A DNA stretch of 32,000 nucleotides from Desulfocapsa sulfexigens DSM 10523 (GCF_000341395.1 NC_020304.1:2370001-2402000); one strand, 5' to 3'; shown: positions 18,055 to 27,205, counted from the stretch's first letter. Program-made: numbers and translations. Notes: generated from the sequence alone by a model not told the origin.

Positions 18055-18903
18055 GTGAACATACGAAAAATCACATCCATGACCATGTTCGTTTCATTTA
18101 TACTGCTGGTTCTTACCTCAGTTATTCTCTATATCGTCCCCCAGGGGCGTATTGCTTATTGGGCGGACTGGCACTTATGGGGGCTTACCAAGGTGGAGTG
18201 GGGTAATCTTCATATAAATCTTGGTTTTCTCTTCCTTTTTGCCGGCCTCCTTCATATGTATTACAACTGGGCTCCCATAAAAGCCTATATGAAAAACAAA
18301 TCACGGGAGCTGAAAGTCTTCACTCCTTCCTTTAATGTGGCGGTGCTGATCAGCCTGGTTGTCGGTGTCGGAACCTATTTTGAGATTCCGCCAATGAGCA
18401 CGGTCATCAACTTTGGAGAATCCATTAAGGACAAGGCTGCAGAAACATACGGTGAACCACCCTATGGTCATGCTGAGCTCTCTTCTTTGAAGCTTTTCAC
18501 CAAGAAACAGAATCTGGATCTGGATGGAGCCATGGACCTTCTTCGTAAGGCTGGGGTACAGTTCAGTGATAGTTCTGATACTCTTGCGGTAATTGCTGCT
18601 GCCAATAAAATCAGTCCTCAGGCTGTTTATTCGGTAATAAAATCAGCTACGATGGAGATAGAAAGCACGGGAGCAGTAGATTTTCCCGATTCTCCAATGC
18701 CTGGTTTTGGTAACAAGACCCTTGCTGCTTTGTGCAGCGAGTATGATTTAATGTTTCAGCTTATACGCAGAGGGCTTGCCCAGAAAGGAGTGAAGGCCGA
18801 AGCTGAAATGACCATTAAAGAAATAGCAGCCGCTAATGATACAGAGCCAATGGCAATATTTGAAGTTCTTCATGAGATCGTGAATGAAAAGAAGGATATC
18901 TAA
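18055..18903 (+). CDS. DUF4405-like membrane protein with additional C-terminal domain
   Basis: 282 aa: several TM segments with His-rich helix ends ('WADWHLWGL...LHINLGFLFLFAGLLHMYYNWAPIKAYM'). GTG start after AGGGGAG. Confidence 0.75.
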   Translation: MNIRKITSMTMFVSFILLVLTSVILYIVPQGRIAYWADWHLWGLTKVEWGNLHINLGFLFLFAGLLHMYYNWAPIKAYMKNKSRELKVFTPSFNVAVLISLVVGVGTYFEIPPMSTVINFGESIKDKAAETYGEPPYGHAELSSLKLFTKKQNLDLDGAMDLLRKAGVQFSDSSDTLAVIAAANKISPQAVYSVIKSATMEIESTGAVDFPDSPMPGFGNKTLAALCSEYDLMFQLIRRGLAQKGVKAEAEMTIKEIAAANDTEPMAIFEVLHEIVNEKKDI

Positions 18904-19480
18904 AAATGTGCTTAAACGTGTGATTGCCCTTGAGGCAGTTATACTTTTGATGACTTTTTTGATCGGAGTAGACCTAACGTATGCTCAGGATTTTCTTATT
19001 GGAAAAGTACTGAGTGTGGATGGGAATACAATCGAGATCGCTCCGGCTCCATCCTCTTTGGGAGCTACCGATGAAGCGGTATCCAGAGGAAAGACTGTTT
19101 TGGTAAAGATCGCGGAGATAAATGATTTACAGGATTCTTCCCAATCATCAGGCTTGCCCGGATGTGTCGTTGTGGGGGAGACGATTCGCCTGTGGGGAAA
19201 GCAGCTCGAAGCTGAGGCTAATACATTTATTGCCACTGACATCAGAGGTTGCAGGGGAGACGGTTGTTCTTCTGACCCAACCGGGGTTCGTGTAAGATTG
19301 TTACGGAGCAGGAAATACAGTCAATCCTTTTCTGAACATGATGATCGTAATACCGAGGGAGATGGTCACGCTGGTACCGGTAATGGGAGGGGCGGAAATG
19401 GTGGTAACGGAGGCAACGGCAACGGAGGTGGCAACGGTGGTGGTGGTGGCGGTGGCGGCGGGGGCGGGGGCGGCAGATGA
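18884..19480 (+). CDS. Putative secreted protein with OB-fold-like core and Gly-rich C-terminal tail
   Basis: 198 aa: signal-like N-terminus, 'DFLIGKVLSVDGNTIEIAPAPSS...VLVKIAEIND...GCVVVGETIRLWGKQLEAEANTFIATDIRGCRGDGC', tail 'GNGRGGNGGNGGNGNGGGNGGGGGGGGGGGGGGR'. Overlaps both neighbours; the true start may be a GTG near 18905. Confidence 0.65.
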   Translation: MKRRISKNVLKRVIALEAVILLMTFLIGVDLTYAQDFLIGKVLSVDGNTIEIAPAPSSLGATDEAVSRGKTVLVKIAEINDLQDSSQSSGLPGCVVVGETIRLWGKQLEAEANTFIATDIRGCRGDGCSSDPTGVRVRLLRSRKYSQSFSEHDDRNTEGDGHAGTGNGRGGNGGNGGNGNGGGNGGGGGGGGGGGGGR

Positions 19481-20994
19481 AGCTCTATCCAAGCTGGCGG
19501 ACAAACCTGTCTTTTTTTACACTGCTTATTGTGCTGGTCGGGGGGTATTTTTTAAGACAGACGCAACAGGCCTCCCATGAACTTCAGAAACATGCTCAGG
19601 ATCACTCGGAAATTCTAGCAGCAGTTGTTGAAGTAAACCTGCGCAATACCTTACTCTCCCAGAAGAGTCTTGAAGAAACGGTTGCAGCATCCCTCGAAAA
19701 CAGTGCTCGTTTTATCCATTACCTGGATATGGTTGAACCTTTTTCAAGTGCCGAATTGACCGCTTTTGCCATGGAATCTGGCTTTGCAGGGGTGAAAATT
19801 GTCCAGGCCGGGAGTAGTGAAGCCGTGAGTGGACCCTCCGGCTGGCTTCCCGAATGGAAATGCAGGCAATCAGGTGGACTGGAACGGCTCGGGGATGAAC
19901 AGCTTTATTTGTTTACATACCTTCCTGTCCCTGATTCCGGAAGTGTGCTGCAGGGAGATTGCGTGTTGGTTGGTCTTTCTTCCCGGACAATTGATGCCAC
20001 GCTTGATAAGATTTCCGTTGAGCGCCTCCTGAATATGTTCGAAAATATGTACGATATTGCCTATGTACGTTTTGAGGCTGACTCCGGTGTGCATCCCGTA
20101 TCACCAAAGGAGGTCTTAGAGACGGTTATTGCTATTGGTGATAAGCGGCTTATTGTCGCTTTGAAGACAGATCGTTTTGGTAAACGTCGCCAGCAGATGC
20201 AGCGAGAGTTTATGATTTTCCTCAGCTTTCTCATCCTTTTTGGTGCACTTTCCTCCTGGCTCCTTTATCGGATTCAGCGACAACGGTTGCAGCAGACGCG
20301 TGAGTTTGACAGGAAGATGGCGCGTCAGCACGAAGATGCGGCACTTGGCAGGGCAGCTGCAACCCTTACCCATGAACTCCGCAATCCTTTAAACGCCATT
20401 GGTATGGGATTGCAGCGTCTTCAGATCGAGGCTGCAACTCTTGATAAGGATCACAGCAAGCTCATTCGCAGTATGCTCAGCGCTGTTGATCGGTCTAATA
20501 CCATTATCACCAGACTGAAAGATTCCATCCACTCTTTTGAAATAACAAGAGATAAAATTGATATGGGGGTACTGGTCACTCAGGTAGTCACACTCTACCA
20601 GGCACAGTGTGAGCAGCAGAACATTACCGTAAGTATCAGCTGTGACAAGGATATGTGTCTTCGTGGTGATAGGGTTCTTCTTGAACAGCTTTTTGAGAAC
20701 CTTGTTAAAAATAGTGTGGAAGCACAACCCGATGGCGGATTTATAGATATTTCCATTCATTTGGCAGACGATACAACAGTCTGTCTTGTGGAGATTGTGA
20801 ATGGTGGTTTTTTACTGTCTCAGGACAAGAGTGGGCTGCTTTTTGAACCCTACTTTACCAGTAAAAGCAGAGGAACCGGCCTTGGTCTTGTTATCAGTAA
20901 CAAAATTGTTCGGGCACACGGGGGACAGCTTGACTGGGATGCTGATTATAACAAGCAGACTGTTCATTTTGTGGTCAGTCTGCCAACTTCTTAA
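19477..20994 (+). CDS. Membrane sensor histidine kinase
   Basis: 505 aa: N-terminal TM and extracytoplasmic region, HisKA 'AAATLTHELRNPLNAIGMGLQRL', HATPase 'LLEQLFENLVKNSVEAQPDGG...GTGLGLVISNKIVRAHGG'. Confidence 0.93.
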   Translation: MKLYPSWRTNLSFFTLLIVLVGGYFLRQTQQASHELQKHAQDHSEILAAVVEVNLRNTLLSQKSLEETVAASLENSARFIHYLDMVEPFSSAELTAFAMESGFAGVKIVQAGSSEAVSGPSGWLPEWKCRQSGGLERLGDEQLYLFTYLPVPDSGSVLQGDCVLVGLSSRTIDATLDKISVERLLNMFENMYDIAYVRFEADSGVHPVSPKEVLETVIAIGDKRLIVALKTDRFGKRRQQMQREFMIFLSFLILFGALSSWLLYRIQRQRLQQTREFDRKMARQHEDAALGRAAATLTHELRNPLNAIGMGLQRLQIEAATLDKDHSKLIRSMLSAVDRSNTIITRLKDSIHSFEITRDKIDMGVLVTQVVTLYQAQCEQQNITVSISCDKDMCLRGDRVLLEQLFENLVKNSVEAQPDGGFIDISIHLADDTTVCLVEIVNGGFLLSQDKSGLLFEPYFTSKSRGTGLGLVISNKIVRAHGGQLDWDADYNKQTVHFVVSLPTS

Positions 20995-21061
20995 CGTTTT
21001 TTTCGCAGATTTAACGAAGAATACAAAAAGCGGTGTACAAGCCGAAAGCACGTGAATTCCT

Positions 21062-22384
21062 ATGCTGATACTGATAGTCGATGATGAAATAACCCAGCGG
21101 GAAATGCTGCAGGGTTTTCTTGAAAAACAGGGTTTTAAAGTGCTGACCGCTGCAGGCGGCAATGAGGCATTGCGTATTTTCGAATCTGCTCCCGTGGAGC
21201 TGGTGCTGATGGATCACCGCATGGAGGACATGAATGGTGATGAGGTACTTGAACGGATGAGAGGCGCTTCCCCTCTGGTGCGGGCAATTATGATTACTGC
21301 CTACGGAGATGTGTCAACGGCCGTAAAAGTGATGCAGCTCGGTGCTGACGATTTTATGGAAAAACCCGTCGATCTTATGGATCTCCTGGCTAAAATCCGT
21401 AGAATTGAACAGGGCCTTATGGTTGAGAGGGAGTCTGGAAAGATAACAGAATCACTTGAGCAGATTGAATTGCCAATATCAATCATCGGTTCCAGTAAGC
21501 CCATGCAGGAGCTGCTGTCTCTTATTTATCGCGTCGCTCCAACGGAATGGGCTGCCTTGATTCACGGAGAAACCGGTACAGGAAAGGAACTGGTGGCAAG
21601 ACTTATACACCTGATGGGACCTCGGAAAAATGGCCCCTTTGTTGAGGTGAATTGTGCTGCAATCCCAGAAAATCTGTTTGAGTCAGAACTCTTTGGCCAT
21701 GAAAAGGGGGCATTTACCGGTGCTGCTTCACAGCGTCGTGGACGTTTTGAGCTTGCAGCTGGCGGAACACTCTTTCTTGATGAGGTGGGAGAGTTGCCCC
21801 TGCAGCTCCAGGCAAAACTCTTACGTGCGCTGCAGGAAAAGAAGGTGAGTCGTGTTGGTTCCGAAAAAGAGATCGAAGTTGATGCCAGGGTGCTTACTGC
21901 TACCAATAAGGATCTGCAACAGATGGTGAGTGAAGGTAGTTTTCGTGAAGATCTGTTTTTTCGTCTCAATGTTCTTGAATTACGCGTTCCCCCTCTGAGA
22001 GAACGTCGTGATGATATTGTGGAGCTGACAGAATATTTTCTTGGTAAATATGCAGTCAGCGACATTGGGTTCGGCACCGATGCCATGGCCCAGCTGGTGA
22101 AATATCCATTTCCTGGTAATGTGCGTGAGCTTGAACATCTCATTCAGCGTCTGGTTACTCTTGTCCGTGGATCTCGAATTGAAGTGATGGATCTTCCCAT
22201 GAGGGTACGTGAGGGCAAGAATACGGGAGGACTGCTCAGTGAGCGCCTGGCCGAGGTAGAAAAAGAGATGCTGATAGCAGCACTGGAGGAACACCAATGG
22301 GTTCAAACCAAGGCTGCGGATTCTTTGGGGATAAGTGAGCGTGTTCTGCGGTACAAGATGAATAAGGCAGGGATTAAAAAATAG
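21062..22384 (+). CDS. Sigma-54-dependent response regulator (REC-AAA+-Fis)
   Basis: 440 aa: 'ILIVDDEITQREMLQGFLEKQGFKVLTAAGG', 'GETGTGKELVARLIH', 'ESELFGHEKGAFTGA' (GAFTGA motif), C-terminal Fis-type HTH. Confidence 0.95.
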   Translation: MLILIVDDEITQREMLQGFLEKQGFKVLTAAGGNEALRIFESAPVELVLMDHRMEDMNGDEVLERMRGASPLVRAIMITAYGDVSTAVKVMQLGADDFMEKPVDLMDLLAKIRRIEQGLMVERESGKITESLEQIELPISIIGSSKPMQELLSLIYRVAPTEWAALIHGETGTGKELVARLIHLMGPRKNGPFVEVNCAAIPENLFESELFGHEKGAFTGAASQRRGRFELAAGGTLFLDEVGELPLQLQAKLLRALQEKKVSRVGSEKEIEVDARVLTATNKDLQQMVSEGSFREDLFFRLNVLELRVPPLRERRDDIVELTEYFLGKYAVSDIGFGTDAMAQLVKYPFPGNVRELEHLIQRLVTLVRGSRIEVMDLPMRVREGKNTGGLLSERLAEVEKEMLIAALEEHQWVQTKAADSLGISERVLRYKMNKAGIKK

Positions 22385-22545
22385 TGTTCTTGAATTTTTG
22401 AATTACCATTATTTCTAAAACATAAGCAATGTCTGGGAATCTCACCTTAAACCTGAAAATTTTTCGATAATGGAATTGTCTGGAAATATCTATTAATCAG
22501 TAATGCATACATACAACAATATTAAATAGACCTGCTCGATCATCT

Positions 22546-22560
22546 CCCCCCTCCCCCCCC
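22546..22560. repeat. Poly-C tract (C6 T C8)
   Basis: atctCCCCCCTCCCCCCCCaatt in the 22385-22975 intergenic region. Confidence 0.9.
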
Positions 22561-22730
22561 AATTCGTGATCTTTTGCAAAGAACTGAATGTCTTTTCGAA
22601 AAAACCATTTTGTTTATCCGCAACTATATATTGTTTACACTCATGTAATTCAATTCCTGGCCATGGAAAAACTCTTTTGTTTGATAATAACGATTTGATA
22701 TCGTTTTGTATTTTAAACCTTGTGTAAAAG

Positions 22731-22742
22731 CACAACGTTGTG
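22731..22742. promoter_or_regulatory. 12-bp perfect palindrome, candidate regulatory site
   Basis: CACAACGTTGTG. A second inverted repeat AACGAT-ttgat-ATCGTT lies at 22689-22705. Confidence 0.3.
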
Positions 22743-22975
22743 ATAACTTTCAAAACAAATAAAAGGAATGCTAACCATTTTCAAAGCTTATGCTTGCTTA
22801 CTTGTCAGTATCAAAAAAAGATCTGCCCTGCTTATTGATAAAAAAAATCGATTGTGGCGGAGTCTGATGATACTGTTCATTCCGGTATGAGAGGTCAGTA
22901 CCTCTGCAAGACAAAGTAGTATACTCTTCCCAACAATGAGGGAGGACGTAAATCAGCGTATAAAGAAATAACCAT

Positions 22976-25144
22976 ATGGACAATAAAAATCCGATTTATG
23001 CTCGTCTGCAAAAGTCTAAACATCTACCGTCTCTTCCTCAGGTATTGTTAAAGCTAGTTGAAACATGTGACAATGATGAGATGGCTCTCTCAGAGCTTTC
23101 TGAAATTATTAGTAAAGATGCATCCATTTGTTCCAGGGTGTTGACCCTTGTTAATTCTTCATACTTTAATTTGAACAGCACAGTCATAAATATTGATCAG
23201 GCTGTCGTGTATCTTGGCGCAGATACAATTAAAAATATCGCTATTACTGCCTCTGTCCAACAGATTTTTAACAAATTCAGGCAAAATGAACATCTTTCAA
23301 TGGAGAGGTTCTGGTGGAATTCATTGACCTCCGCCATTTATGCTAAAAGAATTGCCAAAGAGATTTGTTATGAGAATAGTGAAGAGGCCTACCTTGCGGG
23401 TCTAATTCACAATCTAGGTGAATTGTTGTTGTGGATGAATTTTCCTGAAGAGTGCATCGCTATTCAAAGTAAAAATAAGAATACAATTCTTCAATGCAGC
23501 AAAGAAGAGGAACAGATAGGGATTAATCATTGTGATGCCGGTGCCTGGCTGGTGAAACAATGGAAGTTGAACTCACTCATTGCCGATGCTGTCTTATATC
23601 ATCATACCTCTCTGGAACAGGTCAAAGGTAATCCCCCATTGGTGAAGATTGTTTGTTTAGCTGACCAATGCTGTCAGGCTGGAGAAGCCGGATCTGAAGA
23701 TCTCTATGAGGTAGGGCGCGAACTTTTTGACCTTGGATCTGAACAGGTCGCTGAAATCTGTGCAGGAGTCGAGGAGGAGACAAAAGAGGTTGCCGAAGGG
23801 CTTGGCATAAAGGTGTCTCCTCCATCAGAGAAGGCCAGTAAGCAGTTCTCAGAATCTAGAGGCCCTGAGCGTGATCTGCAGCAGCAGGTAAAAAATTATT
23901 CTCTGCTGCATGGCTTTCTTGAAAATTTGGTAGCAGCAGAGAACAGGGACGTCATTTTAAAAGCTATAGAGCAGGCTATCAATATTCTTTTTGATATTGA
24001 AACCGTATTCTTTTTTTTACACGACTTCGAACAACAACAATTGTATGGCAGAGCTTCGACCCTAAACCGTTATTCTGAGCAGTTGCAGAAGCTTATTTTT
24101 TCCACAGAACAGGGAAAAAGTCTTCTGGTAAAATCAATGCTTGAAAAACGGTCAATTTCCATCACGCAGAAAGCTGAATTCCAGATGGAGAGTCGTGTGG
24201 ATTCTCAACTGTTTGATCTAGTAGGTGGTAAAGGCATGCTGTATTTCCCAATGACTGCCCAGAACAGATCAGTTGGCGTGATGGTTTTCGGAGTCGATGG
24301 TTCAACCGGGAAAGAATTGCTGAATGAGTCGGAATACGATCTTGTCCAATTGTTGGCCAATCAGGCTGCAATGTCTCTTTATCTGGATGAAGTGAAAAGA
24401 AGGCACGCGGAAAAGATTCATGAAGCCCGTCTGGATGCAGCCTCCATGGCAGCTGCCAAAGTTGTCCATGAAGTTAATAATCCACTTGGTATTATTAGAA
24501 ATTACTTGAAAATTGTTGAGATGAAATTACCAGCAACGGGTGCACTGCAAGATGAATTCACTGTTCTGGATGAAGAAATAACTCGTATCTCAATGATTGT
24601 TCAGCAACTGGATGCCTTTTCAACCTCAAACAAACGTACTTACGAGTTGATTGACATCAATGACTTACTATCTGGGGTATTGAGTGTTCTTTCCAGATCC
24701 GTTTTTTACTCTTCCAATCTTCAGGTACACTTTATGCCGGATCCTGACCTGCCGGACATCATGGCGGATGCCGGAGCTATAAAACAAATTGCAATCAATC
24801 TACTTAAAAATGCTGCAGAGGCGATGACTGATGGTGGCAATGTGTATGTTGCTACCAGCTCACGTTGTATGGATGAATTTGCTGAATTCCACACAGCTGA
24901 TAAAAAAAGTCACTGTATCGAGCTCACAATTCGAGATGATGGCCCTGGAGTGTCTGAGAAGATACTGGGTCAGTTGTTTGATCCTTTTACCAGTACAAAG
25001 GGAAAAGGGCATTCGGGCCTGGGACTTTCTGTTGTTAATTCACTGGTGACAGAAATGAATGGAGTGGTGACGTGCAGGAGCAATAGAACAGATGGAACTC
25101 TTTTTTGTATTACTTTGCCAATAAGGCAAAACTCTGACAGTTAA
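22976..25144 (+). CDS. HDOD-GAF-histidine kinase signalling protein
   Basis: 722 aa: N-terminal HDOD ('LPSLPQVLLKLVETCDNDEMALSELSEIISKDASICSRVLTLVNSSYF'), GAF-like middle, HisKA 'AAKVVHEVNNPLGIIRNYLKI', HATPase 'GPGVSEKILGQLFDPFTSTKGKGHSGLGLSVV'. Confidence 0.92.
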   Translation: MDNKNPIYARLQKSKHLPSLPQVLLKLVETCDNDEMALSELSEIISKDASICSRVLTLVNSSYFNLNSTVINIDQAVVYLGADTIKNIAITASVQQIFNKFRQNEHLSMERFWWNSLTSAIYAKRIAKEICYENSEEAYLAGLIHNLGELLLWMNFPEECIAIQSKNKNTILQCSKEEEQIGINHCDAGAWLVKQWKLNSLIADAVLYHHTSLEQVKGNPPLVKIVCLADQCCQAGEAGSEDLYEVGRELFDLGSEQVAEICAGVEEETKEVAEGLGIKVSPPSEKASKQFSESRGPERDLQQQVKNYSLLHGFLENLVAAENRDVILKAIEQAINILFDIETVFFFLHDFEQQQLYGRASTLNRYSEQLQKLIFSTEQGKSLLVKSMLEKRSISITQKAEFQMESRVDSQLFDLVGGKGMLYFPMTAQNRSVGVMVFGVDGSTGKELLNESEYDLVQLLANQAAMSLYLDEVKRRHAEKIHEARLDAASMAAAKVVHEVNNPLGIIRNYLKIVEMKLPATGALQDEFTVLDEEITRISMIVQQLDAFSTSNKRTYELIDINDLLSGVLSVLSRSVFYSSNLQVHFMPDPDLPDIMADAGAIKQIAINLLKNAAEAMTDGGNVYVATSSRCMDEFAEFHTADKKSHCIELTIRDDGPGVSEKILGQLFDPFTSTKGKGHSGLGLSVVNSLVTEMNGVVTCRSNRTDGTLFCITLPIRQNSDS

Positions 25145-25227
25145 TTTATGTGCATTGCGTTTTAGACACTCAAAACTTCAGGAACTGGGGCGGGTGTTGT
25201 TTTCTATACAGTACAAAAGGTGTCAAG

Positions 25228-25899
25228 ATGAATGATTCAGCACGGATTCTTCTTGTTGATGATGAACCACGGTTTTGTGAAAGTCTTTCTCAGATTCTTA
25301 GCTTGTCTGGCTATAATGTGACCATTTCGTATACAGGTAAAGAGGCCGTTGAGCTTCTGGAGGGTAATACCTTTGATCTCTTGCTTCTGGACGTAGTGTT
25401 GCCGGATATGCCTGGCTATCAAATAATGGATAGCCTTAAGGATGAGGATTTGGGGACAGCAACAATTATGCTGACCGGGAATGCCACAGTGGAGACGGCA
25501 ATAGAGGCATTGAAAAAAGGAGCTTATGATTACCTGAAAAAACCGCTTGATCATGAGCTCCTTTTTAATACCATTCGTAAGGCAATGAAACATAGCCGTT
25601 TGGAAAAGGAACTGAAGATCAGCGAAGAACGATCTAAAACGCTGGCAGAAGCTTCCTGGGAGGGCATTGCAATTCATTCTAATGGTCGTTTGCTGGATGG
25701 CAATGAACAGTTTTTTGAGATGTTTGGTTATCAGCCTGCAGAGCTTCTTGATAAAGAAATTCCTGAGAAAATCTTATCTGGCACTGTCATTGCTGAGGTG
25801 AGTTTAAGAATTAAAAAAAAATCTTTGGATGTTATAAATCACTGGGCCTTAGAAAAGATGGAACGGAGTTTCCTATTGAAATCAGTAGTCGACGAATAA
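25228..25899 (+). CDS. REC-PAS: 5' portion of a split hybrid histidine kinase
   Basis: Receiver 'ARILLVDDEPRFCESLSQILSLSG...DLLLLDVVLPDMPG...TGNATVETAIEALKKGAYDYLKKP', then PAS 'EASWEGIAIHSNGRLLDGNEQFFEMFGYQPAELL', interrupted after the A9 tract. Real start is ATG 25228, not 25150. Confidence 0.85.
   Translation: MNDSARILLVDDEPRFCESLSQILSLSGYNVTISYTGKEAVELLEGNTFDLLLLDVVLPDMPGYQIMDSLKDEDLGTATIMLTGNATVETAIEALKKGAYDYLKKPLDHELLFNTIRKAMKHSRLEKELKISEERSKTLAEASWEGIAIHSNGRLLDGNEQFFEMFGYQPAELLDKEIPEKILSGTVIAEVSLRIKKKSLDVINHWALEKMERSFLLKSVVDE
25813..25821 (+). repeat. A9 homopolymer at the frame break
   Basis: gaattAAAAAAAAAtctttgg. Codons before it are in frame 1 and PAS/HisKA homology resumes in frame 0. 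Confidence 0.92.
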
Positions 25900-26009
25900 C
25901 GTACAAGGGAGAAGAAGCTCGTGTTTGTGCTATTCGGGATATAAGTCAAAGAGTAAGGGCTGATCAGGAAAAGCTCGAGCTCCAAAAGCAATTAGCCATT
26001 ACCAGTAAA

Positions 26010-27131
26010 ATGGAAACATTGGGCTTGATGGCCGGGTCAGTTGCTCATGATTTAAATAACATTTTATCCGGGATAGTTACCCTGCCGGAGCTCTTGCTGA
26101 TGCAAATGGGAGATGAACATGAATATCGTGATACTATCCAACTCATACAGGAGGCAGGCAAGGAAGCGGCTTCTGTAGTTTCGGATTTAATAACAGTAGC
26201 CAGAGGAGCTACTGCTGAAAAAGAAGTTTGTAACCTGAATACTGTCGTCGAGAGCTTAATTACAAAAATAAAGAAAAAACAAATGGATCGCCGCCTGGAA
26301 GGTGTTGCTATCAATGTTTGTTGTGAACCTGGACTCCCAAACAGCTATTGCTCAGTGGTTCATATTAATAAAGTCCTGATGAATTTGATTGGTAATGCAG
26401 CAGAGGAGATGGAAGGAAAAGGGACGATTGTTGTCCGTACCAAAAATGTTTTCGTTGAAGAGCCCCGTTTAGGGTATGAGATTATTGAAGCGGGAGAATA
26501 TATTGTTGTCAGCATAACGGATAGTGGCTCCGGTATAAAAGAGGAAGATATAAAGAAAATATTTGAACCCTTTTATTCAAAAAAGGCGATGGGGAGAAGT
26601 GGAACGGGCCTTGGATTGGCAATAGTCTGGAATACTGTACATGATCATGATGGGTTTATTGATTTAACAAGCGATGAAAGTGGTACTACTTTTGATCTTT
26701 ATTTTCCTACAACAAAAGCAGGTGTCAGGAGTGAAAGTTCACAGTTGTCTATCAGTAACTTTAAGGGAAATGGAGAGAGCATTCTTGTGATAGATGATCA
26801 GGAGAAGCAACAGGAAATAGCCAGGAAAATTCTGACTGCTCTTGGATACAAGGCGTACACCGTAGGCAGTGGTGAAGAGGCAATCGCCTATATTAAGCAG
26901 TATCCGGTGGATTTGCTTATCCTTGATATGATAATGAATAAGGGTATTAATGGTCGCAAGACATACGAGGAAATTTTAAAAATTAATCCAAAGCAGAAAG
27001 CCATCATTGCCAGCGGTTTTGCAGAAAACAATGAGGTTAAGCAGACAATTATTCTAGGAGCAAGTCAATTTGTCAGGAAACCCTATGCATTGACTCAGAT
27101 AGGACAGGCAGTGAGGCAGGCGTTGTTGTAA
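26010..27131 (+). CDS. HisKA-HATPase-REC: 3' portion of the split hybrid histidine kinase
   Basis: 'METLGLMAGSVAHDLNNILSGIVTLPELLLMQMG', 'KSGTGLGLAIVWNTVHDHDG'-like HATPase (GRSGTGLGLAIVWN), C-terminal receiver 'ESILVIDDQEKQQEIARKILTALGYKAYTVGSGEE...LLILDMIMNKGINGRK'. The open frame continues upstream of 26010 as far as the A9 tract. Confidence 0.88.
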   Translation: METLGLMAGSVAHDLNNILSGIVTLPELLLMQMGDEHEYRDTIQLIQEAGKEAASVVSDLITVARGATAEKEVCNLNTVVESLITKIKKKQMDRRLEGVAINVCCEPGLPNSYCSVVHINKVLMNLIGNAAEEMEGKGTIVVRTKNVFVEEPRLGYEIIEAGEYIVVSITDSGSGIKEEDIKKIFEPFYSKKAMGRSGTGLGLAIVWNTVHDHDGFIDLTSDESGTTFDLYFPTTKAGVRSESSQLSISNFKGNGESILVIDDQEKQQEIARKILTALGYKAYTVGSGEEAIAYIKQYPVDLLILDMIMNKGINGRKTYEEILKINPKQKAIIASGFAENNEVKQTIILGASQFVRKPYALTQIGQAVRQALL

Positions 27132-27205
27132 AAAAACTAAAACTCACCTTCACTCCCTTTGTCGAAAGGTGACAGGCGGGAGTGAAAAGTGTGCAGTAAC
27201 GTTTG

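Noticed and set aside
19338-19580. Alternative-frame ORF 'MMIVIPREMVTLVPVMGGAEMVVTEATATEVATVVVVAVAAGAG...'
   Set aside because: Low-complexity shadow frame of the Gly-rich coding region, overlapping both real genes.
22493-22753. 86-aa minus-strand ORF in the intergenic region
   Set aside because: It crosses the poly-C tract, has no family resemblance and no convincing RBS; it is likely random in AT-rich DNA.
22890-22905. AGAGGT-CAGT-ACCTCT hairpin in the leader of the HDOD kinase as a riboswitch (e.g. cyclic-di-GMP)
   Set aside because: A single short hairpin; the surrounding sequence lacks GEMM or other aptamer core motifs I recognise.
27151-27184. CACTCCC...GGGAGTG inverted repeat between the hybrid kinase and the S1-domain gene as a terminator
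   Set aside because: Only 7-bp arms with a 20-nt loop and no good T-run on either side.
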